Assembly (NCBI GenBank): GCA_046724655.1
Contig: JBKOWY010000018.1
Location: 8,863-72,862 of the forward strand
DNA length: 64,000 nucleotides
DNA from: Actinomycetota bacterium
Lineage (GTDB): Bacteria; Actinomycetota; Acidimicrobiia; IMCC26256; JACDBD01
Reading direction: 5' to 3'
Part shown: in pieces, positions 34,355 through 43,688 of the stretch
Position numbering within the stretch: the stretch's first letter is position 1
Layout of the letters: the number at the start of each line of letters is the position of its first letter
The notes under the pieces: model-generated
What the model was told of the DNA's origin: nothing
Seen by the model: only the letters and a program-made list of their open reading frames with translations
Database searches by the model: none
Translations under genes and position numbers: made by a program

Positions 34355-35632
34355 GTGAGCGAGGGCGCCTCAACTCGGGTCGGCGTGCTCGGCTCCTCGG
34401 CACAGGCTCTGGTCGACGCGCACGGGGCCGTCAGACCCGACGACGCGCCCTGGCAGGTCGACTGGTGGATTGGCGCCGACGACCGCTGGCACGTTCCCGC
34501 GCGCGAGGCGTCGCTGCGCCAGTCGCTCGTGGGTGCGGCGCCGGTGGTCGAGACATCGCTACGCGTCCCCGGCGGTGACGCGGTGCACCGCGTCTACGGC
34601 ATCGGCGGACCCGGCGGCCTCGTGGCCCTCGAGATCGAGAACGCGTCCGCCGCGCCCTTCGTCGCCGCGCTCGTTCTGGGCCCGGCCCCGGGTGGCCACT
34701 TGCGGGAAGTCGGTAGCAGCAGGTCGTGGGTCACCGTCAGCGGGCGTCCGGTCCTGCGCACGCCCCGGCCGGTGACCCGCTGGGCCGCCGGACTGAGCGA
34801 CGAAACCCTCGAGACGGTTGTCGAAGGCCGGGCCGAACGGGGCACCTTTCCCGGGATACGCCGCCGGGGTATGCGGCTCGAGGTCGCGTTGCTCCATCCA
34901 CTTGCGCATCGGACGCGCCTTCGCTGCGCGCTGGCGGTGGGTCGCGATCGTTCGGTGCGCGTGGACGCCGTCGATCCGACGCTGCTTCCCGACGCGCACG
35001 TCGCCTCCGCCGGCTGGGCGGCGCACTTGCGCCGCGGGATGCAGGCGGTCCTCCCCGACCACCGGCTCCAGCAGGCCGTGTACGCCGCGCGTGCCGCGCT
35101 GCTGCTCGGCGCCGACGCCGCCACCCGCCCCGACGCCGCGGAGCTGGCGGCGTTGGAGGACTGGGGGTTCGACACCGAGGCCGTCGCCACGTGGCGCCGC
35201 CTGGGCATTCGTGAGCGAAGGCGAGCGGCGCAGCGCATCCCTGATCCCAGGTCGTGGGAGACGATCCAGGCGCGCCTGCGGGCGGCCTCGCCGACATTCG
35301 CGTGGCACGACGGTCCAGCCCCGTTCCTACGAGCGGTGCGCGACCTCCTCCTGGGCCCGAGCGACGGCGGCTCCGTGACGCTGCTGACCGAGTATCCGGC
35401 CTGCTGGCGTGGTCAGGGCCTCGACGTACGCGAGGCGCCCACGCGTGCCGGCCGCGTCTCGTACTCGGTGCGCTGGCATGGCCCCCGGCCGGCGCTGCTG
35501 TGGGAGTGCGAGAACGCGATCCGGCTCTCGGCGCCCGGCCTCGACCCGTCCTGGTCGACAACGGAGGCGCGGGGTGAGGCCCTCTTGGCCGCGCCTACTG
35601 GCCAGGCACGCGACGCGGGGAGCTTTGCGTAG
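34355..35632 (+). CDS. hypothetical protein (425 aa)
   Basis: This is a long ORF with protein-like composition and high GC3. Its 3' end overlaps the convergent GH38 gene by 38 nt. No family is recognised. Confidence 0.6.
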   Translation: MSEGASTRVGVLGSSAQALVDAHGAVRPDDAPWQVDWWIGADDRWHVPAREASLRQSLVGAAPVVETSLRVPGGDAVHRVYGIGGPGGLVALEIENASAAPFVAALVLGPAPGGHLREVGSSRSWVTVSGRPVLRTPRPVTRWAAGLSDETLETVVEGRAERGTFPGIRRRGMRLEVALLHPLAHRTRLRCALAVGRDRSVRVDAVDPTLLPDAHVASAGWAAHLRRGMQAVLPDHRLQQAVYAARAALLLGADAATRPDAAELAALEDWGFDTEAVATWRRLGIRERRRAAQRIPDPRSWETIQARLRAASPTFAWHDGPAPFLRAVRDLLLGPSDGGSVTLLTEYPACWRGQGLDVREAPTRAGRVSYSVRWHGPRPALLWECENAIRLSAPGLDPSWSTTEARGEALLAAPTGQARDAGSFA

Positions 35633-38384
35633 CCGCGTCGTCCAGGCGCAGCGTGGCGATCTCCCACGGCCGGAGCTCGAGCGTGCCCTCGACGCGCGCA
35701 CGAGGACGGCCCACCAGGTCGACCGTCCAGCCGGTGACGGGCGCGCCTTCCCATTCGATCGCCGCCGTTGCGACGTCAGGGGAGGGGTTGAACACGCGCA
35801 CCACGAGCCCGCCCGCATCTCGCAGCACCGCCGAAACCCGGGCGCCGTCGACCTGCAAGGGCGCGCCCGTGGGCTCGCGGCGCGCGCCCGACCACCCCCC
35901 GGCCCGGATTCGCTCGAGCGGGACGAGCACCTCGTCGGCGACGTCGTAAAGCCGCGCGCCGAGCCAGTCGCCGCGATGAGGGACGAGCGCCCAGTCGAAC
36001 GCGAGAGGCCCGAGCATCTGCGGCCCGTGGAGCGGATAGGGATATCCCGCCGGGCTCGCGCGCATCGAGAGCTGCATGCGCGAGAGATAGCCCGTCGCCC
36101 GCAGCAGCGTGAGCGCGAGCTCGGTTCCTTGCCTCCCGTCCTCGCTGACGAGCTCGTACTCCAGCAGGCCGTCGTGAACGAGGGCGAGGCCGGCGTTGCC
36201 GTCCGATGCATCTACGAAGCGGCGAGACACGAATGTCGGCAACCCGAACTCGTTGGGACCACCCTCGGCGCCGAGGCCCCGGTCGACGACCGCGAACGCG
36301 CACTCGGCGTTCGAGACGGTCGCCGGCGACGGCAGCGGGAAATGCACCCGCAGGCGGTGATCGCGGCAGGGATTGTCGAGCTCCGTGTGGACCCGCAGGA
36401 ACCGCTCACCAGTCCGCAACTCCAGCGTCGTGTGCACAGTGGCGGCCACCATCTCGTCGGCGCGCTGCCCGCAGAAGCGCTCGTCGCCGATTGCATGCGT
36501 GGGCCACCGGTAGATCGCGTCGACACGCACTCGAGCCCGCACGGGACCGTCCTCGAGCGTCGTGACCTCGACGGATTCCGGTTGGTCGACGACCAGGTCG
36601 TCGGCGGGTGGCGAGTAGTTGTACACGTCGCCGCCGTCGCCGCCGTCGACCAGGCGACCGAGGCGCGGCAGCGTGAGTCCGTCGGCGGTGGTGACCGTGT
36701 AGGTGCCATCGCTGCTGTCGACCTCGACGTGCAGGTGCTCGTTGTCGAGCGACGAGGGGCCCGCGGACACCGCGGTCTCCGGCCCGGCTCCGGCGGCGAC
36801 GGTGTAGCTCCGCCAGCCGAAGCCGGGGACGTCCTCGACGGAGAAGATGGCCTCGCGGACGGGCGCCGCCATCACCCGGAAGCTGAACGTCTTCCCTTCG
36901 TCGCCGAGGCGGACGAGCTCGTCCCGGATCTCGGTCAGGTCGACGGCGGTCTCGCCCGGATGCGCGCCCTGGAACACGAGGTCGAGCGTGCCGTCGTCGG
37001 CTTCGGTCATCGCGTAACGCCCGATGCGCTCGCCGGCGAACTCGGGGCCGTTCATCATCTCGAGGACCCACCGCACCTTCTGGCCGGCGACGATGGTCGA
37101 GAAGCCCTCACCGGTGAGCACCCCGAGCTCCTGCGTCGGGCACGGCGTGCCATCGGCCGAGACGAAATGGAACGGTCCTTCACCCGGCACGTTCACCGAG
37201 AGCAGACCCCCGCGCCGCGCTTGGGTCGGGTTCACGACCAGGGTCGACCCCGCGGGCGCATCGACCGCGGCGGCGAGGTCGCGCAGCGCGTCACGCGTGA
37301 GCACGTCGCCGATCTGGCGGGCCTCGTGGTAGCGGACGAGCACCTGGTCGACGACCTCGTCGTCGCTGCACGCGCAGGACGAGTCGTGGGCGCTGTTCAG
37401 CACGAGGTTCCGCCAGGCGATGCCGAGGAGCGCGTTCGGATATCGCTCGGGAGGTAGAAGGAGTGCCGACAGCGGCTCCGCCCGCCGCTCGAGCGCCCGT
37501 TCGGCGCGGGCGCACGCCTGATGGACGTCGACGCGGTTCGACGCCACGCCCATGAGCACGTTGGCGCGCGCGCCGGACCGCAGCTCGCCCCGCCACGTCG
37601 TCAACCCGTCGGTAGGTTGCTCGGCGAGGTATTCGGGCAGCGAGGTGACGACGAACCGGTAATCGTCTTGGATCTCGTTCGCTTCGGCGACGACGCGTCC
37701 GAGCCACGGCTGCGGCATCTGGTGGTCGGTGCCATTCATCAGCAACATCGCTCCGCCCGGAAGGCGAGCCGGGCCCAGCTCGAGCTCGTAGCTGCGCGCC
37801 CGGGCGACGAGTTGCTTGGCATCGTCGGGGAGGTCGCGCCCGTTCGAGTACGAGCCGTACAGGTACTCGGCGCGCACGGTCGATCCGTCGGGCGCTTCCC
37901 AGTTGAACGCCGTCTTGGTGACGCTCGACGGCACGCCGCGCCACACCACCGCGTGCTCGAACCCGGCCTGCCGCAGGATCTGGGGCATCTGCGCGATGTG
38001 GCCGAACATGTCGGGGAGGTAGCCCACCGGCATGCCGCCCCCAAGCTCCGTGGAGCGTCGCAGACCGAGCTGGAGGTCGCGCACGATCGTCTCGCCCGAG
38101 ACCATGAACTCGTCCATGAGGACCATCCACGGCCCTACCGACAAGCGGCCGGTGGCCGCCAGGCGCCGCAGCGTCTGTGCCGCTTCGGGGCGGACCTCCA
38201 GGTAGTCGTCGACGACGACCGTCTGACCGTCGAGGAGGAACCTGGCGTAGCTCAGGTCACGCTCGAGGAGGGGCAGGAGCTCGTCGAGCAGGCGCACGAG
38301 CCGGGCCCGGAAGACCTGGAAGGGCGCGTACCACTCTCGATCCCAGTGCGTGTGGGGGAGGATCGCAACGGTCGTCGGCGGCAC
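35595..38384 (-). CDS. glycoside hydrolase family 38 alpha-mannosidase
   Basis: The 929-aa protein has VAILPHTHWDREWY, FLLDGQTVVVDDYLE and GPWMVLMDEFMVSGE. Confidence 0.9.
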   Translation of the reverse strand: MPPTTVAILPHTHWDREWYAPFQVFRARLVRLLDELLPLLERDLSYARFLLDGQTVVVDDYLEVRPEAAQTLRRLAATGRLSVGPWMVLMDEFMVSGETIVRDLQLGLRRSTELGGGMPVGYLPDMFGHIAQMPQILRQAGFEHAVVWRGVPSSVTKTAFNWEAPDGSTVRAEYLYGSYSNGRDLPDDAKQLVARARSYELELGPARLPGGAMLLMNGTDHQMPQPWLGRVVAEANEIQDDYRFVVTSLPEYLAEQPTDGLTTWRGELRSGARANVLMGVASNRVDVHQACARAERALERRAEPLSALLLPPERYPNALLGIAWRNLVLNSAHDSSCACSDDEVVDQVLVRYHEARQIGDVLTRDALRDLAAAVDAPAGSTLVVNPTQARRGGLLSVNVPGEGPFHFVSADGTPCPTQELGVLTGEGFSTIVAGQKVRWVLEMMNGPEFAGERIGRYAMTEADDGTLDLVFQGAHPGETAVDLTEIRDELVRLGDEGKTFSFRVMAAPVREAIFSVEDVPGFGWRSYTVAAGAGPETAVSAGPSSLDNEHLHVEVDSSDGTYTVTTADGLTLPRLGRLVDGGDGGDVYNYSPPADDLVVDQPESVEVTTLEDGPVRARVRVDAIYRWPTHAIGDERFCGQRADEMVAATVHTTLELRTGERFLRVHTELDNPCRDHRLRVHFPLPSPATVSNAECAFAVVDRGLGAEGGPNEFGLPTFVSRRFVDASDGNAGLALVHDGLLEYELVSEDGRQGTELALTLLRATGYLSRMQLSMRASPAGYPYPLHGPQMLGPLAFDWALVPHRGDWLGARLYDVADEVLVPLERIRAGGWSGARREPTGAPLQVDGARVSAVLRDAGGLVVRVFNPSPDVATAAIEWEGAPVTGWTVDLVGRPRARVEGTLELRPWEIATLRLDDAATQSSPRRVPGQ

Positions 38385-38420
38385 CGGCCCAGGATACGAG
38401 CCGGGCTGCGTCGGGAGCGG

Positions 38421-38440
38421 CCGTCAGAGTCCCGTCAGAG
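38421..38440. promoter_or_regulatory. direct repeat CCGTCAGAG x2 with 11-bp phasing in the GH38/amt divergent region
   Basis: The sequence is ccgtcagagtc ccgtcagagcc. Its function is unknown. Confidence 0.3.
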
Positions 38441-38454
38441 CCGTGTTTCGGTTC

Positions 38455-38498
38455 GTTCACGGATCGGCACCGGTCGCGAAACGTGCCCCCCTTACGTT
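38455..38498 (+). promoter_or_regulatory. GlnR-box-like site plus -10-like TACGTT upstream of amt
   Basis: GTTCAC-n6-GCACC-n6-GAAAC is followed by gtgCCCCCCTTACGTT, about 85 nt before the amt GTG. Confidence 0.5.
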
Positions 38499-38583
38499 CG
38501 CCTTACCTCGCGCAGAGGGGCTGGAACCACGCGAGGGGGAGGGCAACGGCGCCTTTTCGAGCATTCACGAGCAGGAGGACGAT

Positions 38584-40179
38584 GTGAAACGGAAATTGTT
38601 GGGCAAGGGCGCCGCGGTTGTGACCCTCGCCCTCGTACTGGTGGTCCTTGCCGGCACAGCGGCGTTCGGACAGGACCCGAAGCCGGTGTTCGACGGCAAG
38701 CTGATCCCGGCGCCGTCGGACGTCGGCGTGAGCTTGAACATTCTCTGGGTCGTCATCTCCGCGGTGCTCGTCATATTCATGCAGGCGGGCTTCGCGTTGG
38801 TCGAGACCGGTTTCACCAGGGCGAAGCACGCCGCTCACACGATGTCGATGAACTTCGCGATCTTCGGGTTGGGTTTCGTCGCGTTCTTCGTCGTGGGTTA
38901 TGCGTTCATGTTCGGCGGCTACACCGCCAGCGGAGTCATCCCGTTCGGCTACGACAAGGCGGTCGGTGACGCGCTCATCGGCTCGGGTGATTGGACGTTC
39001 CTGTGGCACGGAGGGTTCTTCCTCACCAACCTCCCGAGCCTTGCGTTGACGGCACCGGTGGCGGCGTTCTTCCTCTACATGGTGGCCTTCATGGACACCA
39101 CAGCCACCATCCCGACGGGAGCGATGGCCGAGCGGTGGCGGTGGAAGTCCTTCGTGGCGTGGGGCCTCTTCGTCGGATCGATCTACTACCCGCTGTTCGG
39201 CGCGTGGACCTGGGGCGGCGGCTGGCTGGCGAAGCTGGGCAACAGCCTGCATCTCGGATTCGGTTACGTGGACTTTGCCGGATCGGGCGTTGTCCACGCG
39301 ATGGGGGGCTTTGCCGGTCTGGCCGGCGCGCTCGTACTCGGTCCGCGGATCGGCAAGTACGGTCCGGACGGGAAGCCACGGACGTTGGCGGCGCACAGCA
39401 TCCCGATGGCGCTGCTCGGCACGTTCATCCTGCTCGTGGGCTGGTTCGGGTTCAACGCGGGTTCGACACTCGCTGCCACAGACGTTCGGTTCGCGGTCAT
39501 TGCGACGAACACCGCACTGGCGGCTGCGTTCGGTGCAACGGTTGCGATGTTCTACGCGATGCGGCGGCTCGGGAAGCCCGACCCGGGGATGATGGCGAAC
39601 GGCATGCTCGCCGGACTCGTGGCGATCACGGCGCCGTGTGCCTTCGTGCAGCCGTGGGCAGCAGCGGTGATCGGTGCCATTGCAGCTGTCATCGTCATCG
39701 AGTCGATTCTCTTCATCGAGCGCAAGGGCGTCGACGATCCGGTAGGCGCGATCTCGGTGCACGGTGTCTGCGGCATCTGGGGAGTGCTCTCGGTCGGTCT
39801 GTTCGCGAGTGGGCAGTACGGGACCGCGTGGAACGGCACGACTGAAGGCTCGGCGGCAGCCGCCAAGGGTGTGAGCGGGATCCTCTACGGCCTCGACCCT
39901 GGGCTCGGTCAGCTCGTGGCTCAGGCCGTCGGGGCGCTCGTCATCGTCTTCGTGATGGGCGGGATCGCCTACTTGTTCTTCAAGATCTGCAACGCGGTCA
40001 CGAAGGGCGGTATCCGGCCCGCCGAGGACGTCGAGCGCGCGGGAATCGACCGGGAGGAGATGGGCGTCATCGCCTACTCCGACCTCACCCTCAGCGAGCT
40101 GGTGCTCGCGGGCGAGGACCCGGCCGAGGACAGGGTGCTCGCGAGCACTCCGTCCCCCGACCCGACCATCGGTAGGTAA
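38584..40179 (+). CDS. amt: ammonium transporter (Amt family) with signal-like N-terminus and long C-terminal tail
   Basis: Matching segments are WVVISAVLVIFMQAGFALVETG, DFAGSGVVHAMGG and GWFGFNAGS. The start is GTG 38584, preceded by GCAGGAGG. Confidence 0.93.
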   Translation: MKRKLLGKGAAVVTLALVLVVLAGTAAFGQDPKPVFDGKLIPAPSDVGVSLNILWVVISAVLVIFMQAGFALVETGFTRAKHAAHTMSMNFAIFGLGFVAFFVVGYAFMFGGYTASGVIPFGYDKAVGDALIGSGDWTFLWHGGFFLTNLPSLALTAPVAAFFLYMVAFMDTTATIPTGAMAERWRWKSFVAWGLFVGSIYYPLFGAWTWGGGWLAKLGNSLHLGFGYVDFAGSGVVHAMGGFAGLAGALVLGPRIGKYGPDGKPRTLAAHSIPMALLGTFILLVGWFGFNAGSTLAATDVRFAVIATNTALAAAFGATVAMFYAMRRLGKPDPGMMANGMLAGLVAITAPCAFVQPWAAAVIGAIAAVIVIESILFIERKGVDDPVGAISVHGVCGIWGVLSVGLFASGQYGTAWNGTTEGSAAAAKGVSGILYGLDPGLGQLVAQAVGALVIVFVMGGIAYLFFKICNAVTKGGIRPAEDVERAGIDREEMGVIAYSDLTLSELVLAGEDPAEDRVLASTPSPDPTIGR

Positions 40180-40207
40180 CGAGGAGTTCCACGGCGGTTG
40201 CGCAAGT

Positions 40208-40235
40208 GGTCGGCGGGCGACGGGGCCCGCCGACC
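40208..40235 (+). terminator. 11-bp GC hairpin after amt (no T-run)
   Basis: GGTCGGCGGGC-gacggg-GCCCGCCGACC. Confidence 0.45.
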
Positions 40236-40278
40236 GCTTCGCCGTGTGTGTACGCGTTCGAGCGCGCATACTGGTGAT

Positions 40279-40665
40279 GTGGGCCCGAGCCGGTACGTCG
40301 GCCAAAGCGTGTTCCTGCGCTGCTGGCCCCCGGGCATGCTCGCCTTCGCACTCATTGTGCTGCTCGGTACCGGCCGAGGTGCGTTCTTCTACGGGGGGCT
40401 GTTCGCGCTCTGCGGCCTGGTGTCGGCCCGCTACCTGCCGTGGCGCTTCGCCGTCCTCGACGACGGCATCGCATTGTGGTTCCCCTTCGGGCGGCGCCTG
40501 TTCCTGCCCAAGGACGCCGTGACGGTGCGCGTGCGTTCGGGGAGCCCGGTCGCGTATCCGGAAGTCTTCCGCCGGTGGGGCTACCCGCTCACCGACGGCC
40601 TCGTGGAGCGGCGTCGCAAGCTGCTGGCCGCCGTGCTCGTGCAGCACGGTTTCCACGTAGCGTGA
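40279..40665 (+). CDS. hypothetical membrane protein
   Basis: High GC3, two hydrophobic helices (MLAFALIVLLGTG.., FFYGGLFALCGLV), then a soluble tail. The start, GTG 40279, is chosen downstream of the amt terminator hairpin. Confidence 0.55.
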   Translation: MGPSRYVGQSVFLRCWPPGMLAFALIVLLGTGRGAFFYGGLFALCGLVSARYLPWRFAVLDDGIALWFPFGRRLFLPKDAVTVRVRSGSPVAYPEVFRRWGYPLTDGLVERRRKLLAAVLVQHGFHVA

Positions 40666-40670
40666 ACGCG

Positions 40671-41075
40671 ATGGTCGATCTCCGTGCCGGCGTTCCCGGC
40701 GTCAACGCCCCGGCGCCGACCACGTACGAGGAGTTCTGGCCGTACTACGTGAGCCAGCACCTGCACCCGGCGACGCGTGCCATGCACGTGATCGGCACCT
40801 CGCTGGCCATCCTCGCGATCGTGACGGCCGTCGTGTTCCGCGCGCCGATCCTGCTGATCGCGGTGCCGGTGCTCGGCTACGGCTTCGCCTTCGCGAGCCA
40901 TTTCATCTGGGAGAAGAACAAGCCGGCCTCCTTCGGGCACCCGCTGTGGTCGTTCCGCGCCGACCTGCGCCAGCTGTGGAAGGCGTACGGAGGTCTACTC
41001 GCCGACGACGTGCGGGCCGTGCGGGCCGCCGCCGGGGTGCCGCCCACCGCGCGCACGCTGGCCGAAGCAGCGTAG
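40671..41075 (+). CDS. DUF962 (Mpo1-like) membrane protein
   Basis: YEEFWPYYVSQHLHPATRAMHVIGT...GYGFAFASHFIWEKNKPASFGHPLWSFRADL matches the family. Confidence 0.75.
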   Translation: MVDLRAGVPGVNAPAPTTYEEFWPYYVSQHLHPATRAMHVIGTSLAILAIVTAVVFRAPILLIAVPVLGYGFAFASHFIWEKNKPASFGHPLWSFRADLRQLWKAYGGLLADDVRAVRAAAGVPPTARTLAEAA

Positions 41076-41082
41076 GCGGCAG

Positions 41083-42645
41083 TCACCCCCGCGCCCACTC
41101 CTTGGCCATCGGGCTGGGCTCCACCGTGTGTCCGACGCGCTCGAACCAACCGGCCTCGTACGCCTGCTCGAGCGCGTGCTGTTCATGCGCCGCCACGCGC
41201 GCCGGCGCCCGAACAGAGCGACCGCCGCCGGCGCCGGGAACCGCGTCGCAGGGCGGGGACGGGTCGGCCAGCGCGACGTCGAGGTTGATGCCGACACGCC
41301 GGTCGACTCGCTCGGTGGCGAGGCTCGCGCCGAGATTGTTGGCGCGCCGGTCGCGGGTCGTGAGGAACCAGGTCTGCCCGGCCTTGCCCGGCCCGCGCGC
41401 CGGCGCGCCCAGGAAGCGCCACTCGAGGAATCGAAGCACGGAGGTGTGGTCGTACAGCGTGTGGTCGACATACCCGCGCCGCGCGTAGGGCGAGGCGATA
41501 AGCGCGGGCACGCGGAAGCCGGCCTGCCCGAAGTTCTGGTCGTCGACCGGATTGGCCCGGTCGTCGGGAAGCACCGGCGGCTTGACGTGGTCGTAGAACC
41601 CGCCCCACTCGTCGTACTTGACCACGAACGCGCCGCGTCTCCAGTGCTTCGACCGCGCAAACGCGGCGAACACGTCGCGCAGGAACCGCTGCCCGGCGCG
41701 GATGTCGGCGAGCGGATGGTCGTCGGTGCGGTTCCCGCCCAGGAAGGCAGGATCGACCATCGTGAACTTCGGCAGCCTCCCCTGTTGCGCGTCGGTGAAG
41801 TACTGGTCGATCCGTCGTTGGAAGTTCGCCAAACGAGAGCCCCACAGCGCGAGCACGGGAAGGTCGGTGTAGTAGTAGCCCGCGCTCACACCCGCGTTCG
41901 CGAGCCGATCCCAGATCGTGTCCCACTGGTATCCGCCGGTCGCGAACGGCAACGTGTTGTCCTTGTACTCACCCGACTGGCCCGAGTGGAGGTAAGCGCG
42001 GTTGGGGTACGTCGGACCGAGGATCGAGGCGTGCCAGCGGTCGAACACCGTGAACTCGCGCGCCAGCTGCGACGTGAACGGCAGTGCGTCGCCGCCGTAG
42101 TACCCGAGCGCGAATGTGTCGTTGCCGCTGCCGGGGGCCAGGAAGCCGCCGTCCCGCTGTACGCGCCCTTGTGTCCACTGGTGGCCGGGATCGGGATGAC
42201 CGCATCCCCGGTACGGGTTCGCTTCGGCGGGGTTCGCGAGCAGGGGCGCGGTCGGGACGGTCGTCCCGTCGGGGGCGGGAAACGACTGGCGCTGCCTGCC
42301 ATCGACGCGGAAGCGCTTCCCGTACCGGCTCTTGCCGCGCTCGATGTACCTCTTGTCGTCGGCGAGCCAGCCGAAGTAGTGATCGAACGACCGGTTCTCC
42401 ATCATCACGACGACGACGGTGTCGATCGGCGACTCCTTCGCCGGCTGATCGAGCATCGACGTGAAGTCCTCGGCCGCGAGTCTCCCGCCGGCGGCGCGCC
42501 TCCCGAGCCCGAGCACCGGCGCACCCAACGCGACCGCCCCGCCCAGCTGCGCTGTTCGTCGCAGGAACTCACGCCGGTTCAAGGCCGCCTGTCTAGCGCG
42601 CCGCCGGACTCGCTTGCGTGCGCGTCGCCGTAACATCCATGTCAT
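41083..42645 (-). CDS. phosphoesterase family protein (phospholipase C / acid phosphatase type) with twin-arginine signal
   Basis: NRREFLRRTAQLGGAVALGAP is a Tat motif, and DTVVVVMMENRSFDHYFGWL is the phosphoesterase N-terminal motif. Confidence 0.88.
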   Translation of the reverse strand: MTWMLRRRARKRVRRRARQAALNRREFLRRTAQLGGAVALGAPVLGLGRRAAGGRLAAEDFTSMLDQPAKESPIDTVVVVMMENRSFDHYFGWLADDKRYIERGKSRYGKRFRVDGRQRQSFPAPDGTTVPTAPLLANPAEANPYRGCGHPDPGHQWTQGRVQRDGGFLAPGSGNDTFALGYYGGDALPFTSQLAREFTVFDRWHASILGPTYPNRAYLHSGQSGEYKDNTLPFATGGYQWDTIWDRLANAGVSAGYYYTDLPVLALWGSRLANFQRRIDQYFTDAQQGRLPKFTMVDPAFLGGNRTDDHPLADIRAGQRFLRDVFAAFARSKHWRRGAFVVKYDEWGGFYDHVKPPVLPDDRANPVDDQNFGQAGFRVPALIASPYARRGYVDHTLYDHTSVLRFLEWRFLGAPARGPGKAGQTWFLTTRDRRANNLGASLATERVDRRVGINLDVALADPSPPCDAVPGAGGGRSVRAPARVAAHEQHALEQAYEAGWFERVGHTVEPSPMAKEWARG

Positions 42646-43072
42646 GCGAGTGGTCCTGGGGTCCGACGAGAAGACGTCGCTGACCGACGCGGTGGCGGAC
42701 GACCTCGAGCGGCGCGGCCACGAGGTCTTCCTGGTGGGCCCGCCGGGCGGAGAGGCGATCGAGTGGGCCGAGGTCGGTCAGCGCGTCGGCGAGGCCGTCG
42801 CGAAGCGAGAAGTCGACACAGGCGTGTTGTTCTGCTGGACGGGGACCGGCGCATCGATCGCCGCCAACAAGGTGCCGGGCGTGCGGGCGGCGCTGTGCAC
42901 GGACGCCGCCACCGCGGCCGGCGCCCGCAAATGGAACGACGCCAACGTCCTCGTCATGGGCCTGCGCCTGACGACGCCGGATATCGCGGGCGAGCTCCTC
43001 GACGCGTGGTTCACCACCGAGCCCGAGCCGAGCGAAGCCGACAACATCGCCCGCTTGGAGGCCCATCGGTAA
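42644..43072 (+). CDS. rpiB: ribose-5-phosphate isomerase B (RpiB/LacAB family)
   Basis: MRVVLGSDEKTS...GVLFCWTGTGASIAANKVPGVRAALC matches the family. Confidence 0.9.
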   Translation: MRVVLGSDEKTSLTDAVADDLERRGHEVFLVGPPGGEAIEWAEVGQRVGEAVAKREVDTGVLFCWTGTGASIAANKVPGVRAALCTDAATAAGARKWNDANVLVMGLRLTTPDIAGELLDAWFTTEPEPSEADNIARLEAHR

Positions 43073-43102
43073 GCTCCGGCGGTCACGGGCCAAAGGAGAC
43101 CG

Positions 43103-43390
43103 ATGCCGACGTACGTCATGCTCACGACGCTCGGGCCCGACGGTTGGGCCACCGTCCGCGAGAACCCGAACCGGATCCGCGAGGTCACCCAAGAGGTCGA
43201 ATCGATGGGCCTAACGGTCGTCGCCCAGTACGCGTTGCTGGGACAGTACGACTTTCTCAACGTGATAGAAGCGCCCGACGAGGCGACGATGTCGAAGGCC
43301 GCGATCACACTCGCTTCGCGAGGAACGATGCGGACGACGACGTACCAGGCGATCGCGGTCGACGAGCTGATCGAGAGCTTGAAGCGCTAG
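43103..43390 (+). CDS. GYD domain-containing protein
   Basis: MPTYVMLTTLGPDGW...LGQYDFLNVIEAPDEATMSK...GTMRTTTYQAI matches the family. Confidence 0.8.
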   Translation: MPTYVMLTTLGPDGWATVRENPNRIREVTQEVESMGLTVVAQYALLGQYDFLNVIEAPDEATMSKAAITLASRGTMRTTTYQAIAVDELIESLKR

Positions 43391-43403
43391 CGCGAGCTCC
43401 GCG

Positions 43404-43628
43404 CTAGGTGATCCACCACATCGAGCGCTTCTTCTCCTCGCGCACCTCGTCGTCCACGAAGAGTGCGGGGAGGACCGAACCGTCGGACCGACGCTTGAGC
43501 TTGTAGCGGGCGTCGCTGCCTTCGTCGACGACCTCGGCGACCTCGAAACCACGTGCCCACCGCTCGTCGAAGCGCGAGCGCACTTCGACTCGGGTGCCTT
43601 GCTTCACGGGCGCGACGGTAACAGGCAC
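43404..43628 (-). CDS. small hypothetical protein (about 70 aa)
   Basis: Only the last 70 or so codons of track ORF 43404..45272 look protein-like (..VKQGTRVEVRSRFDERWARGFEVAEVVDEGSDARYKLKRRSDGSVLPALFVDDEVREEKKRSMWWIT*). The start is GTG 43628 or 43607. Confidence 0.4.
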   Translation of the reverse strand: MPVTVAPVKQGTRVEVRSRFDERWARGFEVAEVVDEGSDARYKLKRRSDGSVLPALFVDDEVREEKKRSMWWIT

Positions 43629-43688
43629 CTGACCAGGCCCGAAAGGACGTTGCGCGTCTGCCGGGGACGGGCTTGGTAGCTTCCGGCC

